From the NCBI GenBank assembly GCA_964526605.1, contig CAZGJP010000004.1, positions 2,103 through 35,718 of the forward strand: DNA of 33,616 nt. The letters are read 5' to 3'. The stretch is from an uncultured Lentisphaera sp. (lineage in GTDB: Bacteria; Verrucomicrobiota; Lentisphaeria; Victivallales; GWF2-50-93). Below the pieces are notes generated by a model. It saw nothing but the letters and a program-made list of their open reading frames with translations, did no database searches and was not told the origin of the DNA. The position numbers and the translations under genes were made by a program. Shown here in pieces: positions 16,737-27,000 of this stretch (positions are counted from its first letter, which is position 1; every line of letters starts with the position of its first letter).

Positions 16737-19264
16737 TGGACATAGGCAGAATTGATTCCCTGCGGCTTGACAACGGCCTCGGCGTATTCGTGTGCCAGAA
16801 CAGGAAGAGCCCCGTCGCGACCTTCCAGGCCTGGATCGCAGCAGGCAGCGTCTCCGAAGGGCGTCTGGCCGGATCCGGGATATCGCACTTCCTGGAGCAC
16901 ATGGTCTTCAAGGGCACTAAAAGCCACGCCAGAGACCAGATTGCGTCCACCATGGACAGCATCGGCGGGAGGATGAACGCCTACACCTCGTATTGCAGCA
17001 CGGTGTTTCACGCCGACGCGCCTTCGTCCCGGATCGGGACGGCCGCGGACATCGTCATGGAGCTTGTCATGTGCCCGCTCTTTCCGGAGGACGAGTTCGC
17101 CCGCGAGAAGGATGTCATCGTGAGGGAGAGGGCCATGCGCTCGGATTCCCCCGATGTCGTCCTGGCGGAGAGGCTCATGCGCGCGATGTTCGTGGCGAGT
17201 CCGGCGAGACATCCGATAATAGGCTACGCCAGCATGATAGAGGCCGTTGGCAGGCAGGATATCATCGAGTACCATGCCGCGAAATACCGTCCCGAGAATG
17301 TTTTCATGCTCGTCTGCGGGGACGTCGAGCCGTCGGCGGTCTTCGAGCTTGTGAGGAGGAAGTGCGACGGCTGGGAGAATTCATCCCACTACGACGAGCC
17401 GGTCATGCAGGAGCCTCCGCAGCGCAGCCCGCGCGAGGAGATGTCCACGTTCAGCGATCCGCTATGCAGGCTTGCCGTGGCCTTCCACTCTCCGCCTCCG
17501 TCAAGCCCTCTGTCTCCAGCGCTTGATGTGCTCGGAGCGATACTCGGTGGCAGCGAGTCGTCTCGGCTGGCTCGCAGGGTGGAAAGGGGCAAGGAGCTTT
17601 CAGTTTCCATAGGAGCCTACCACCAGGCGCTTTCCTTCGGCGGGATATTTTGCGCCTCGGCCAGTGCGGAGCCGAAGAAGTTCGCCAATCTGCGGGAAGC
17701 CGTGGAGGAGGAGATCGGCGCGATCTCGGGCCATGAGCCACCGACGAGGGCCGAACTGGACAGGATTGTCCGCCAGATGTCGTCCGACTTTGTCAAGAGC
17801 CTGCGCAACATCGACTCCGTGGCGGCGCTGGTCGGCAGGTCGCTGCTTCATTTTTCGGATCCCAGATACGCACTCAGGTATCTCGACCAGCTCAAGGGCA
17901 TGACCCCGGACAATCTCGCGGAGGCGGCGCACGAGTTCATAAGGCCGGAGCTGGCCACGACCGTGAAGATGCTTCCGCCCGGCCTCGAACACGGGGTTTC
18001 CTCCTGCGAGGCTCCGCCCTCCGCCGAGCCTGCCCGGATGCGGGACTTGCATCGGTCCCCCCGGACCATTTTCCTTCCGGACAGGAGCCTGCCCGTCTTC
18101 GACATCGTCATAATGACCAAGGCGGGGGCGATTCTGGAGTCTTCCGGAACCGCCGGATTGAGCGCTCTTCTCGCGTCCTGCCTATCCGGTGGGACGTCGA
18201 AGCGCGACGAGGAGAGCGTCGCCGAGTTTCTCGACGAGAACGCGATAGATCTCTCGATCAACGATGGCAGGAACAGCCTGGTGCTCTCCCTCACCGCTCC
18301 GAGCGACCGCTTCGACGTGTCTCTTGAGATCCTTGGCGAGATGATTCTCTCCCCGTCTTTTCCGGAAGCGGTCGTGGAGCGGGAGAAGCAGATGGAGATA
18401 AGTTCGATAGAGAGCGGAAGGCTTTCGCCGCGGAAGGCCCTTTCGGAGCTCATATGCAGGGCGTTCTACGGGGGGCATCCGTATTCCAACGGTTCCGAGG
18501 AGATGCTCCGGGCGATTCCATCGTTTGGACGGGAAAGGCTGCTGGAATTCTACCGCACCGAATGCCTGCGTGCCGGAGACACGGTCGTGGCGGTTTCCGG
18601 GGATGTCCCTGACGAGGGGCTCGCCAGATTCATGGAGCTTCTGGGTTCCATCCCCTGGAGGGGTGGATCCGCGCGGATTCCGCCTCCTCCAGTCCCTCCC
18701 CGGGCGCCGATGGCCCTCAGGGCTTCTCTTCCGAGAGAGCAGACGGTCGCATCTCTGAGCTTCGCCGCATGTGGAGCGGCCAGTCCCGACAGATACGCGA
18801 TGGACGTGGCCGTCTCCGCCCTGAACGGGATGAATTCGAGTCTCTTCAGGAAGATACGCGAGGAGCAGGGCCTTGCATACTACACCGGTTTCTCCTTCTT
18901 CGCGGGGGTCGGTTGCGGCCACGCCAGCATGTACGCCGGGATCGAGGAGCGGAATATCGACAGGACGATGGACATGTTCAGGGCGGAGCGCGAGAGGATG
19001 ATCCGCGATGGAGCCCTCTCGGACGATGAATTCCTCGCCGCGAAGGAGAAGATTCTATTCCACATCTCCGAGACCGAGGCCAATCCAAGGGACAATGCCG
19101 TCTCGGCGCTGGCCGAGGAGCTTCTTGGCAACGGTCTGGATGCATACCGCTCGAACCGGCAGAAATACAGCTCGCTCGCCATTGACGATGTCAATTCGAC
19201 TGTTCGGAAATACCTTTCCAACGCGCCCGTGGAGGCGCTCGTCACACCGGAGGAGAAGAAATGA
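16733..19264 (+). CDS. Tandem M16 (pitrilysin/insulinase) family zinc peptidase, 843 aa (active half plus a second M16-like half)
   Basis: The track ORF 16280..19264 is trimmed to MMDIGRIDSLRLDNG.. (ATG 16733 overlaps the upstream TGA as ATGA). Motifs: HxxEH zinc motif GISHFLEHMVFKGT and a downstream E in REKDVIVRE. The second half repeats the fold without HxxEH. Confidence 0.85.
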   Translation: MMDIGRIDSLRLDNGLGVFVCQNRKSPVATFQAWIAAGSVSEGRLAGSGISHFLEHMVFKGTKSHARDQIASTMDSIGGRMNAYTSYCSTVFHADAPSSRIGTAADIVMELVMCPLFPEDEFAREKDVIVRERAMRSDSPDVVLAERLMRAMFVASPARHPIIGYASMIEAVGRQDIIEYHAAKYRPENVFMLVCGDVEPSAVFELVRRKCDGWENSSHYDEPVMQEPPQRSPREEMSTFSDPLCRLAVAFHSPPPSSPLSPALDVLGAILGGSESSRLARRVERGKELSVSIGAYHQALSFGGIFCASASAEPKKFANLREAVEEEIGAISGHEPPTRAELDRIVRQMSSDFVKSLRNIDSVAALVGRSLLHFSDPRYALRYLDQLKGMTPDNLAEAAHEFIRPELATTVKMLPPGLEHGVSSCEAPPSAEPARMRDLHRSPRTIFLPDRSLPVFDIVIMTKAGAILESSGTAGLSALLASCLSGGTSKRDEESVAEFLDENAIDLSINDGRNSLVLSLTAPSDRFDVSLEILGEMILSPSFPEAVVEREKQMEISSIESGRLSPRKALSELICRAFYGGHPYSNGSEEMLRAIPSFGRERLLEFYRTECLRAGDTVVAVSGDVPDEGLARFMELLGSIPWRGGSARIPPPPVPPRAPMALRASLPREQTVASLSFAACGAASPDRYAMDVAVSALNGMNSSLFRKIREEQGLAYYTGFSFFAGVGCGHASMYAGIEERNIDRTMDMFRAERERMIRDGALSDDEFLAAKEKILFHISETEANPRDNAVSALAEELLGNGLDAYRSNRQKYSSLAIDDVNSTVRKYLSNAPVEALVTPEEKK

Positions 19265-21681
19265 GGAAGACCCTTCTATCCTTGAAAAAGCCGCTGATAC
19301 TCGACGGCGCCATGGGGACCGAACTGCACAAGGCCGGTCTTCCGGACGGAGAATGTCCCGAGCTCTGGATGCTCGCGCACCCCGAAGCGCCCCGGAAGAT
19401 ACAACAGGCATACGCCGAGGCCGGCGCAGGGGCTCTCCTGGTGCCCAGCTTCGGGGCGAACAGGCTCAAGCTGGCCGAGTTTGGAGCCGAAGGCGGAACG
19501 GCGGAGACGAATAGAAGACTAGCCGAGATAACCATGTCCGTCGCGAAGAATGGGAAGCTGCTTGTCGGCGGCGACATCGGCCCCACTGGAAAAATGATAG
19601 AACCGGCGGGTGATCTCCCGTTCGAGACCGCGGTCGAAGTCTTCAAGGAGCAGGCGGAGGCGCTCGCGGACGCCGGCGTGGACTTCATCATGGTCGAAAC
19701 GATGATGGACATACAGGAGGCCAGAGCCGCACTGATCGCCGTCAAGGAGTCGTGCGGACTGCCCGTGATCGTCTCAATGACCTTCTCCGAATCGGACAGG
19801 ACGCTTTCCGGCACCACGCCTGGCGCGGCAGTGGTCACGCTCCAGTCGCTTGGCGCCGATGCCGTCGGTGCGAATTGTTCGATGGGGCCCGATCTTCTCG
19901 TCCCGGTGGTGAGGGAGATGAGGAAGTTCGCGAAGGTGCCGATGGCCGTGAAGCCGAACGCCGGACTGCCGAAGCTCGTGGATGGCGAGACTGTCTTCGG
20001 TATGGACGCGGGAAGCTTCGCGGATTTCGCCGAGAAGCTCGTCCTCGAGGGAGCGTCAGTCGTCGGTGGATGCTGTGGAAGCACCCCCAGGCACATAAGG
20101 GCGCTTTCCGACAAGATCGGACGGATGAAGGTCTTGCCGCCATCACCACTGTTCGCATCCGCCGTCTCGAGCTCGAGGGCTGCGCTACCGTTCGAGTTCG
20201 GCAGGCCGCTGCGGATAATCGGCGAGAGGATAAACCCCACCGGGAAGAAGACTTTCAAGCAGGAACTCCTCTCCGGCAGCTTCAAGGAGCTGAGGAAGAT
20301 GGCCGTCGAGCAGGAGATGAAGGGCGCGGACCTCCTCGACGTGAACGTGGGCGCGCCGGGATGCGACGAAAAAAAGCTGCTTCCCATGGCTGTCGCGGAG
20401 ACGGCGTCCGTCAGCTCCCTCCCGGTCTGCATCGACTCGCCGGATCCGGAGGCCGTCGAGGCGGCCCTGCGGACATACCCGGGCCGGGCCTTGATAAACT
20501 CCATATCGTTCGAGTCGAAGAAAATTTCCAAACTGCTTCCGACCGCGGCCAGATACGGGGCAATGTTCATCCTGCTTCCTCTTGGAGACGGAAACCTGCC
20601 CGAGGATTCGGAGGACAGGATATCCATGATCCTGAAGATAGTGGCGGAAGCCGAAAAACATGGATTCACCAGGGACGACATCATCGTGGACGGACTCGTC
20701 CTCACGGTCTCCGCCAATCCAAGGGCGCCTGCCGAGACGCTCAAGACCGTCCGCTGGGCCTCGGAAAACGGATACAGGACGCTGATAGGGCTCTCCAACG
20801 TGTCCTTCGGTCTTCCAGCCAGGGAGAAGATAAACGCGGCCTTCCTCTCCATGGCGGTAGCGGACGGCCTCTGCGCGGCAATAGCGAATCCGGGAAGCGA
20901 TGACATCATGTCTGCGAAATTCGCAGCCGACGCCCTCTGCGGCAGGGACGAGTCCTGCGCGGAACTGGTGGCCAGATTCCAGACATCCGGCGCGAAGGCG
21001 CCTGAGCTGGAAGTGAAGGCCGATGCGGGGCCGGCGGAGGCGCTTCGCCAGGCCGTCCTCAAGGGTGACAGGAAGCACATCGCGGATTTCGTCCGGAGCG
21101 CGCTTGCGGCCGGATGCGATCCGTCTTCGCTGGCCGACGGGACGATAATTCCGGCGATCCGCGAGGTTGGCGACCTCTACAGCCGGAAGATATATTTCAT
21201 GCCCCAGCTCATAATGAGTGCGGAGGCTGTGAAGAAGGCCTTCGACATGCTCGATCCGCTTCTGGCCGCTGCGCCGGGCAAGGCGCGGACCGCGAGGAGG
21301 ACGGTGGTCCTGGCCACGGTCAAGGGAGACATCCACGACATCGGCAAGAACATTGTCGGTCTCGTGCTCAAGAACCATGGATACGAAGTGGTGGATCTCG
21401 GCAAGGACGTGGAGCCGGGGCGGATAGTGGAGGAGGCCAGGAAGGTGAAGGCGGACGCCATCGGTCTTTCTGCGCTGATGACCACCACCATGCCCGCGAT
21501 GAGAAGGACGGTCGAGGCCTGCCGCGGCGGAGGACTCCATGACGTGAAGTTCATACTTGGCGGCGCCGTGGTGGACGAGGAGTTCGCGGAATCGCTCGAT
21601 GCCTTCTACGCGAAAGACGCGGTTGGCGCGGTGGCTTTGCTCGACAGCATATTGCACAAGGACAAGAAAACGGGAAAATGA
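19261..21681 (+). CDS. metH: Cobalamin-dependent methionine synthase, short form (Hcy-methyltransferase + pterin-binding + B12 cap/B12-binding domains; no AdoMet reactivation domain)
   Basis: Motifs: LDGAMGTEL, GANCS, GGCCGSTPRHI (Zn/Hcy site), IGERINPTGKK (pterin domain), DIHDIGKNIV (DxHxxG), SALMTTTM, GGAV. It ends about 130 aa after the DxHxxG motif. ATGA overlaps occur at both ends. Confidence 0.9.
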   Translation: MRKTLLSLKKPLILDGAMGTELHKAGLPDGECPELWMLAHPEAPRKIQQAYAEAGAGALLVPSFGANRLKLAEFGAEGGTAETNRRLAEITMSVAKNGKLLVGGDIGPTGKMIEPAGDLPFETAVEVFKEQAEALADAGVDFIMVETMMDIQEARAALIAVKESCGLPVIVSMTFSESDRTLSGTTPGAAVVTLQSLGADAVGANCSMGPDLLVPVVREMRKFAKVPMAVKPNAGLPKLVDGETVFGMDAGSFADFAEKLVLEGASVVGGCCGSTPRHIRALSDKIGRMKVLPPSPLFASAVSSSRAALPFEFGRPLRIIGERINPTGKKTFKQELLSGSFKELRKMAVEQEMKGADLLDVNVGAPGCDEKKLLPMAVAETASVSSLPVCIDSPDPEAVEAALRTYPGRALINSISFESKKISKLLPTAARYGAMFILLPLGDGNLPEDSEDRISMILKIVAEAEKHGFTRDDIIVDGLVLTVSANPRAPAETLKTVRWASENGYRTLIGLSNVSFGLPAREKINAAFLSMAVADGLCAAIANPGSDDIMSAKFAADALCGRDESCAELVARFQTSGAKAPELEVKADAGPAEALRQAVLKGDRKHIADFVRSALAAGCDPSSLADGTIIPAIREVGDLYSRKIYFMPQLIMSAEAVKKAFDMLDPLLAAAPGKARTARRTVVLATVKGDIHDIGKNIVGLVLKNHGYEVVDLGKDVEPGRIVEEARKVKADAIGLSALMTTTMPAMRRTVEACRGGGLHDVKFILGGAVVDEEFAESLDAFYAKDAVGAVALLDSILHKDKKTGK

Positions 21682-22862
21682 GATTCAGCATAAGCAGTCC
21701 GCCTCCCGGAACGGTCCGGCACAGAGCCCATGACGGCGAACTGCAGCCGCGTCTCTGTCTCTCCCTCTTCTCGCTCGCACTACTGCTGTCCCTCTTCGGG
21801 CTGACGATGCTCTACTCCACGTCCTACGACAAGGGAAGCGTCTTGTTCTTCAAGCAGATGGCCTGGGCCGGTCTCGGGGTCTTCTCCGCGTCCGTCTCGA
21901 TGCTGCTTGGCTACCGCAGGCTGACAGAGTTCGCCCTGCCGATGCTGGCCGTCTCAGCACTGCTCCTCGTCGTGCCCAGGTTCCTGCCGCCGGTGAAGGG
22001 AGCATACAGGTGGATCAGGCTGCCCGGCGGATTCAGTGTCCAGCCCTCGGAACTGGCGAAAATCGCGGTGATACTCTTCTTCGCCAAGTTCTGCGCCAGC
22101 AGACAGCTCCACATCAACTCCCCCCGGAACCTGTCGCTCTCGCTGGGCACGCTCTGTCTGGTGGCCGTGCTGACAGGTGTTGTGGGGCAGGATCTCGGGA
22201 CCACCTTCCTGATATGTTTCGTCGTGTGGATGATGTTCTTCGTCGCCGGGATGAGGCTGCTCGTCATTGTCGGGCTGCCTTTCCTCCTTGTTCCGTCCTT
22301 GCTGCTCGCGATCTGGCTTTTCGACGCGGAGCGATGGTCGCGCATAGCCACTATTTTCGATCCCGAGAAGGATCCTCTCGGGAGTGGCTACCAGCTTTTC
22401 AACTCGCTGATGGCTCTCGGCTCTGGCGGCTGGACGGGGCAGGGCTTCACCGAGAGCAAGATGAAGGCATACTACCTGCCGGAGGCGCACACCGACTTCA
22501 TTCTTTCGATTGTCGGCGAGGAGCTCGGATACGCGGCCATGCTGCTCGTGGTGGTTCTCTACGCGGCCGTTTTCGCGCTGTCGCTGGCCGTCTCCTTCAA
22601 GGCAAGGCTCAAGGAGGGGATGCTCCTTTCTTTCGGATTCGGGACTCTTCTGGCGGCACAGGCCGTGATCAACGTCGGGGTCATATCCGGATTTTTTCCC
22701 ACAAAAGGCATGCCAGCGCCCTTTATAAGTTACGGAGGAAGCAATATATTAATGGCTTGGACCGCGATAGGGCTCGTGTGCAGCGTGGCGGTCGCGAGGG
22801 AGCCGCAGAGGCATCTCGAACACGCGTCCATCAGGATAGGCGGAGGCAATGAAGGTTTTTGA
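21678..22862 (+). CDS. ftsW: SEDS-family peptidoglycan glycosyltransferase (FtsW/RodA type; called ftsW because of the adjacent murG)
   Basis: Motifs: VQPSELAKI, GSGGWTGQGF, LPEAHTDFILSIVGEELG, PTKGMPAPFISYGGSN. About 10 TM segments. Confidence 0.85.
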   Translation: MRFSISSPPPGTVRHRAHDGELQPRLCLSLFSLALLLSLFGLTMLYSTSYDKGSVLFFKQMAWAGLGVFSASVSMLLGYRRLTEFALPMLAVSALLLVVPRFLPPVKGAYRWIRLPGGFSVQPSELAKIAVILFFAKFCASRQLHINSPRNLSLSLGTLCLVAVLTGVVGQDLGTTFLICFVVWMMFFVAGMRLLVIVGLPFLLVPSLLLAIWLFDAERWSRIATIFDPEKDPLGSGYQLFNSLMALGSGGWTGQGFTESKMKAYYLPEAHTDFILSIVGEELGYAAMLLVVVLYAAVFALSLAVSFKARLKEGMLLSFGFGTLLAAQAVINVGVISGFFPTKGMPAPFISYGGSNILMAWTAIGLVCSVAVAREPQRHLEHASIRIGGGNEGF

Positions 22863-23967
22863 GAAACTGGCGATAGCGTGCGGAGGCACCGGAGGACACT
22901 TCTATCCGGGGCTCTCCGTCGCCGTCGAATTCAAGAAGCTTGGAGGAACGCCCCTGCTGATACTCTCGGGCAGGCATTCCGAGGAGCAGAAGCTCAAGGC
23001 GCTCGAACACAACATCGAGTCGGAGATAGTCCCGTCCCCGCCAGTGCCGACCGGCATCCTCGAGAAGCTCGACTACTCCAGAACCTGCGCGATCAACATA
23101 GTCAAGATTCTCAAGGTCTTCTCCACCTTCAAGCCCGACGCCATCCTCGTCATGGGAAGCTACACCTCCATCGCGGCGGGAATAGCCTCCACGGTCTCCA
23201 AGATCCCGATGTTCATACACGAGGGCAACGCGCTGGCCGGCAAGGCGAACCTATTCCTGTCCAGATTCGCCACGAAGATGGCGCTGTCGTTCCCCGCCGT
23301 GAACGCCAGGAAGATACTTTGCGGATACGAGATAACGGGAATGCCCGCCAGGGCCGAGATCATAGACAGGCGGCTCCAATGCAGGAGCGACGCCATCGCC
23401 TTGGTCATTGCCACCTCCGGCACGGGCTTCTCGAACGAGTCGCCGATCATACTCGTCTTCGGGGGAAGCCAGGGAGCGATGAAGATAAACGACCTGGTAC
23501 CACCGGCCTTCGACATGCTGAAGAAAAGAGAATTCCAGATCATGCACCTTGCCGGGCACGACAAGATCAAGGAGACCAAAGCCAGATACGCCAACATAGA
23601 CAAGCCCAAGCTGGTGCTGGAGTCGAGCGACAAGATGAGCATGCTCTATGCCGCCTCGGACCTGGTGATATCCAGATCTGGCGGCAGCACCATCGCCGAA
23701 CTCTGTCTCTTCGGGAAATACGCCATCCTGGCCCCTTATCCATACGCGAGCGACAACCACCAGAGGGAGAACGCCGAATACTACGCATCGAGCGGCGCAG
23801 GAACGGTCCTCACCGACACAGAATTCACCATAACCAAGATATCAAGCCTCATCGCCTCCTTCCTCGACAATCCCGCCGAATACGTCGAGAAGGGAAGGCT
23901 GTCCGCGAAAATCGCAGTTCCCGACGCTGCGGCGAGAATAATCTCGCTAGTCAGGAACTCGATATGA
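22849..23967 (+). CDS. murG: UDP-GlcNAc:lipid I N-acetylglucosaminyltransferase
   Basis: Motifs: ACGGTGGHFYPGLSVA, VFGGSQGA, ISRSGGSTIAEL, and the ENA motif in QRENAEY. It overlaps the ftsW 3' end by 14 nt. Confidence 0.9.
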   Translation: MKVFEKLAIACGGTGGHFYPGLSVAVEFKKLGGTPLLILSGRHSEEQKLKALEHNIESEIVPSPPVPTGILEKLDYSRTCAINIVKILKVFSTFKPDAILVMGSYTSIAAGIASTVSKIPMFIHEGNALAGKANLFLSRFATKMALSFPAVNARKILCGYEITGMPARAEIIDRRLQCRSDAIALVIATSGTGFSNESPIILVFGGSQGAMKINDLVPPAFDMLKKREFQIMHLAGHDKIKETKARYANIDKPKLVLESSDKMSMLYAASDLVISRSGGSTIAELCLFGKYAILAPYPYASDNHQRENAEYYASSGAGTVLTDTEFTITKISSLIASFLDNPAEYVEKGRLSAKIAVPDAAARIISLVRNSI

Positions 23968-24042
23968 AGGCGTGACTCCGTTCCGGAACTCCGCCCGGCG
24001 GCTGGCCGGATAACAACAGAGACCTGGCGCTGGAAATAATGT

Positions 24043-27000
24043 GTGTCCGTGATATATTGTGAAAAATGGATGCACGCAATGGCTTCGGCGCATGCGGAAA
24101 ACGGCGGGACTTCCATCGAGGACGCTCTAAGGCGGGAAAAGAGGCTGAGCAACGTCCTCCGGGGAATCCGCAACGTCAACCAGCTCATCGTCCATGAGGA
24201 CGATCCATCCGGGCTTGCCGACAAGTCCTGCGCGAACCTTACCGAGACCTTCAGCTACCACAACGTATGGATGGCACTGCTCCGAGACGACGGGAGTCTG
24301 CTCCATTTCTCCCAGTCCGGGCTGGAGGAGCGGGGGGCCGACGAGATGCGCAAGAAACTGCTTTGCGGCGATTTTACCAAATGCATTCGGAAGGCAATGG
24401 CGTGCGACGATGTCGTGCCGCTTCTCAATCCCAAGGAGGAATGCCTCGACTGTCCTCTCTCCAGCGGGTATGGAGGCCGCGCCGCCTTCACGAGATCACT
24501 GATGCATGCGGGGAAGAACTATGGAATCATCTCCGCCTCGATACCATTTGAATTTGCGGGCGACGAGGAGGAAGTCAGCCTCTTCAGGGAAGTGGCCGGC
24601 GACATTGCCTTCGCGCTGCACAAGATAGAAAGCGGGGAGAAACTTCGCCAGCACGACAGGTTTTTCAATCACGCCAGCGATATGCTTTGCATAGCTGGGT
24701 TCGATGGATATCTCAAGATTGTCAATCCCGCCTGGACCAAGGTTTTCGGATGGAGCGCGGATGATCTCACTGGAAGACCATGGAGCGAATTCGTCCATCC
24801 GGACGACGTTTCCTCGGTGGGGAAAGAAGGCCATCCCCTTGCCAAGGATGGGGAGATCGTGCGTTTCGAGAACAGATTCAGGTGCAGGGATGGATCATGG
24901 AAGTGGTTGTCGTGGGCTACTCATGCCTATCCGGACGAGAAGATAATTTTCGGTGTTGCAAGGGATATCACATCCTTGAAACGTAGGGAAGACGAGGTGT
25001 CCTTGCTTGGCAGGATGCTGGATGAGGCTCCGGCATCCATAACCGTTCACGACGATGCAGGCAAGTTTCTCTACGCCAACAAGGCGACTCTCAAGCTGCA
25101 CGGATACTGGAATGTCGAGGAATTCTTGTCCGTGAACCTGCATGATCTGGACATTCCGGCCAGCGAGAAAATGATAGGAGCGCGGATGGCGCAGATCAGG
25201 AAGGAAGGCAGGGCCTCCTTCGAGGTATTCCACCGCCGCAAGGATGGAAGTGTGTTTCCTCTGCATGTTTTGGCCAGCGTGATAGAATGGGATGGGGGAG
25301 AAGCCATGCTCAGCATCGCCAGCGACATCTCGGAAAGGAAGGCTGCTGATCAGAAGCTGCAGGAGCTCCTGACCTTCCAGAAGGCGCTGATAGATTCGAT
25401 GCCGATGCCATTGTTCTACAAGGGGCTGGATGGAAAATATCTGGGAGCGAACAAGGCATTCTACGATTTCTTCGGGATGGACATTGTGGGCAGGACGGCC
25501 TCCGACGTGGCGCCTGAAGATCTGGCAAGGCGCTACGAGGATGCCGACAGGGAACTCTTCCGCAGCGGGAATGTGCAAGTATACGAATCTCAGGCTATTG
25601 ACGCAAAAGGAATTGTCCACGACGTCCAATTCCACAAGGCTCCCTTCAGGGACGCGGATGGCCGGATAGCAGGCCTGATAGGAGTCGCCCTCGACATAAC
25701 CGAGAGCAAGAAGGCGGCCGATGAAATCCGGCGCAGCAACCTCCTCCTCTCGAAGCTCCTCGACATCGCAAGGGAGTTGTCGACGGCGCTGGATTTTCAG
25801 AGCGTGTTCAAGACCGTCAGGAGCGCCGCTCGCGGGCTCAGCGGAGCCGACGGCGCCTGCATCGTTCTCAGAGAGGGTGACTTCTGCAGCTATGTTGACG
25901 AGGATGCCATCGAAACATTGTGGAAGGGCAGGAAGTTCAAGATGTCCGAATGCATTTCCGGATGGGTCATGGCCAACCGCGAGCTGGCCGCAATCGAGGA
26001 TGTCGCGAAGGATCCGCGCATTCCCCAGGACGTCTACCGGAAGACCTTCGTGAAAAGCCTCCTGATGGCGCCAGTTGGGCGCGAGAAGCCGATAGGCGCA
26101 ATCGGCGTCTACTGGGCGGAGCCGCACAAGCCCACCGAGATGGAAATCGCCCTTCTCGACATGCTCTGCAATCTCACGGCGTCGGTCTGGGAGAGGGAGA
26201 ATCTAAAGGAACAGCTTGGCCAGTCCCAGCGGCTCGAGTCCGTGGGCTGTCTCGCCGGCGGTGTCGCGCACGACTTCAACAACATGCTCGGGGTCATCAT
26301 CGGTTTCGCCGAAATGGCCATCGAAAAGACACCGCAAGACAACCCGGTCAGGAACAATCTCGACGAAATAATGAACGCAGCGAAAAGGTCGGCGGAGATC
26401 ACCAGGCAGTTGCTCGCCTTCGCGAGGAGGCAGACAATCGCCCCAGTGGTCCTCGACATCAACGAGACCCTGGAGGGGATGCTGAAGATGCTCCGGAGGC
26501 TGATAGGGGAGAACATCAGGCTCGACTGGCGCCCCGGCCCGTCCATCTGGCCGGTGGAGATGGACCCGTCGCAGATAGACCAGATTCTCGCCAATCTCTG
26601 CGTCAACGCGAAGGATGCCGTCGCCGAGAACGGATGCATCACCATCGAGACCGAGAACAGAACCGTGGACGAAGACTATTCCGCGGAAAATCCCGAAAGC
26701 CGGCCGGGCGACTACGTCATGCTCTCAGTGAGCGACGATGGCTGCGGGATGGACAAGGACACGGCGAAGCACATATTCGAGCCTTTCTTCAGCACAAAGG
26801 GAGTCGGGAAGGGCACGGGGCTCGGTCTGGCCACGGTCTACGGGATTGTGAAGCAGAACAACGGATTCATAAATGTCTACAGCGAAGCGGGCGTGGGGAC
26901 GTCCTTCAAGATATATCTGCCAAGATGCGTGGGCGCGGTTGCGCCGAAGGTGCTGGTGGCGGAGAACGACCCTCCCGGGGCCGGAGAGATAATCCTGCTG

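Noticed and set aside
19242-21080. Very long antisense ORFs opposite real genes: 612 aa opposite metH; also 20185..21657, 24895..26127, 13034..14125, 9965..10771 and 17848..18453.
   Set aside because: The products are low-complexity, Ser/Ala/Arg/Pro-rich, and carry no recognisable motifs. The opposite strand encodes clearly conserved proteins. The pattern is consistent with avoidance of TTA/CTA/TCA codons leaving the antisense frame open.
22878-23975. Same-strand, Arg-rich ORFs spanning almost whole genes: 365 aa over murG; also 19752..20903 in metH, 25920..27194 in the kinase, 22010..22852 in ftsW and 10636..11322 in the Wzc-like gene.
   Set aside because: All of them lie in the +2 frame relative to the real gene. 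This is what is expected when T-ending codons are rare before purine-purine, so few stops arise in that frame. The products are RRGR-type low complexity, so I treat them as a compositional artefact rather than overlapping genes.
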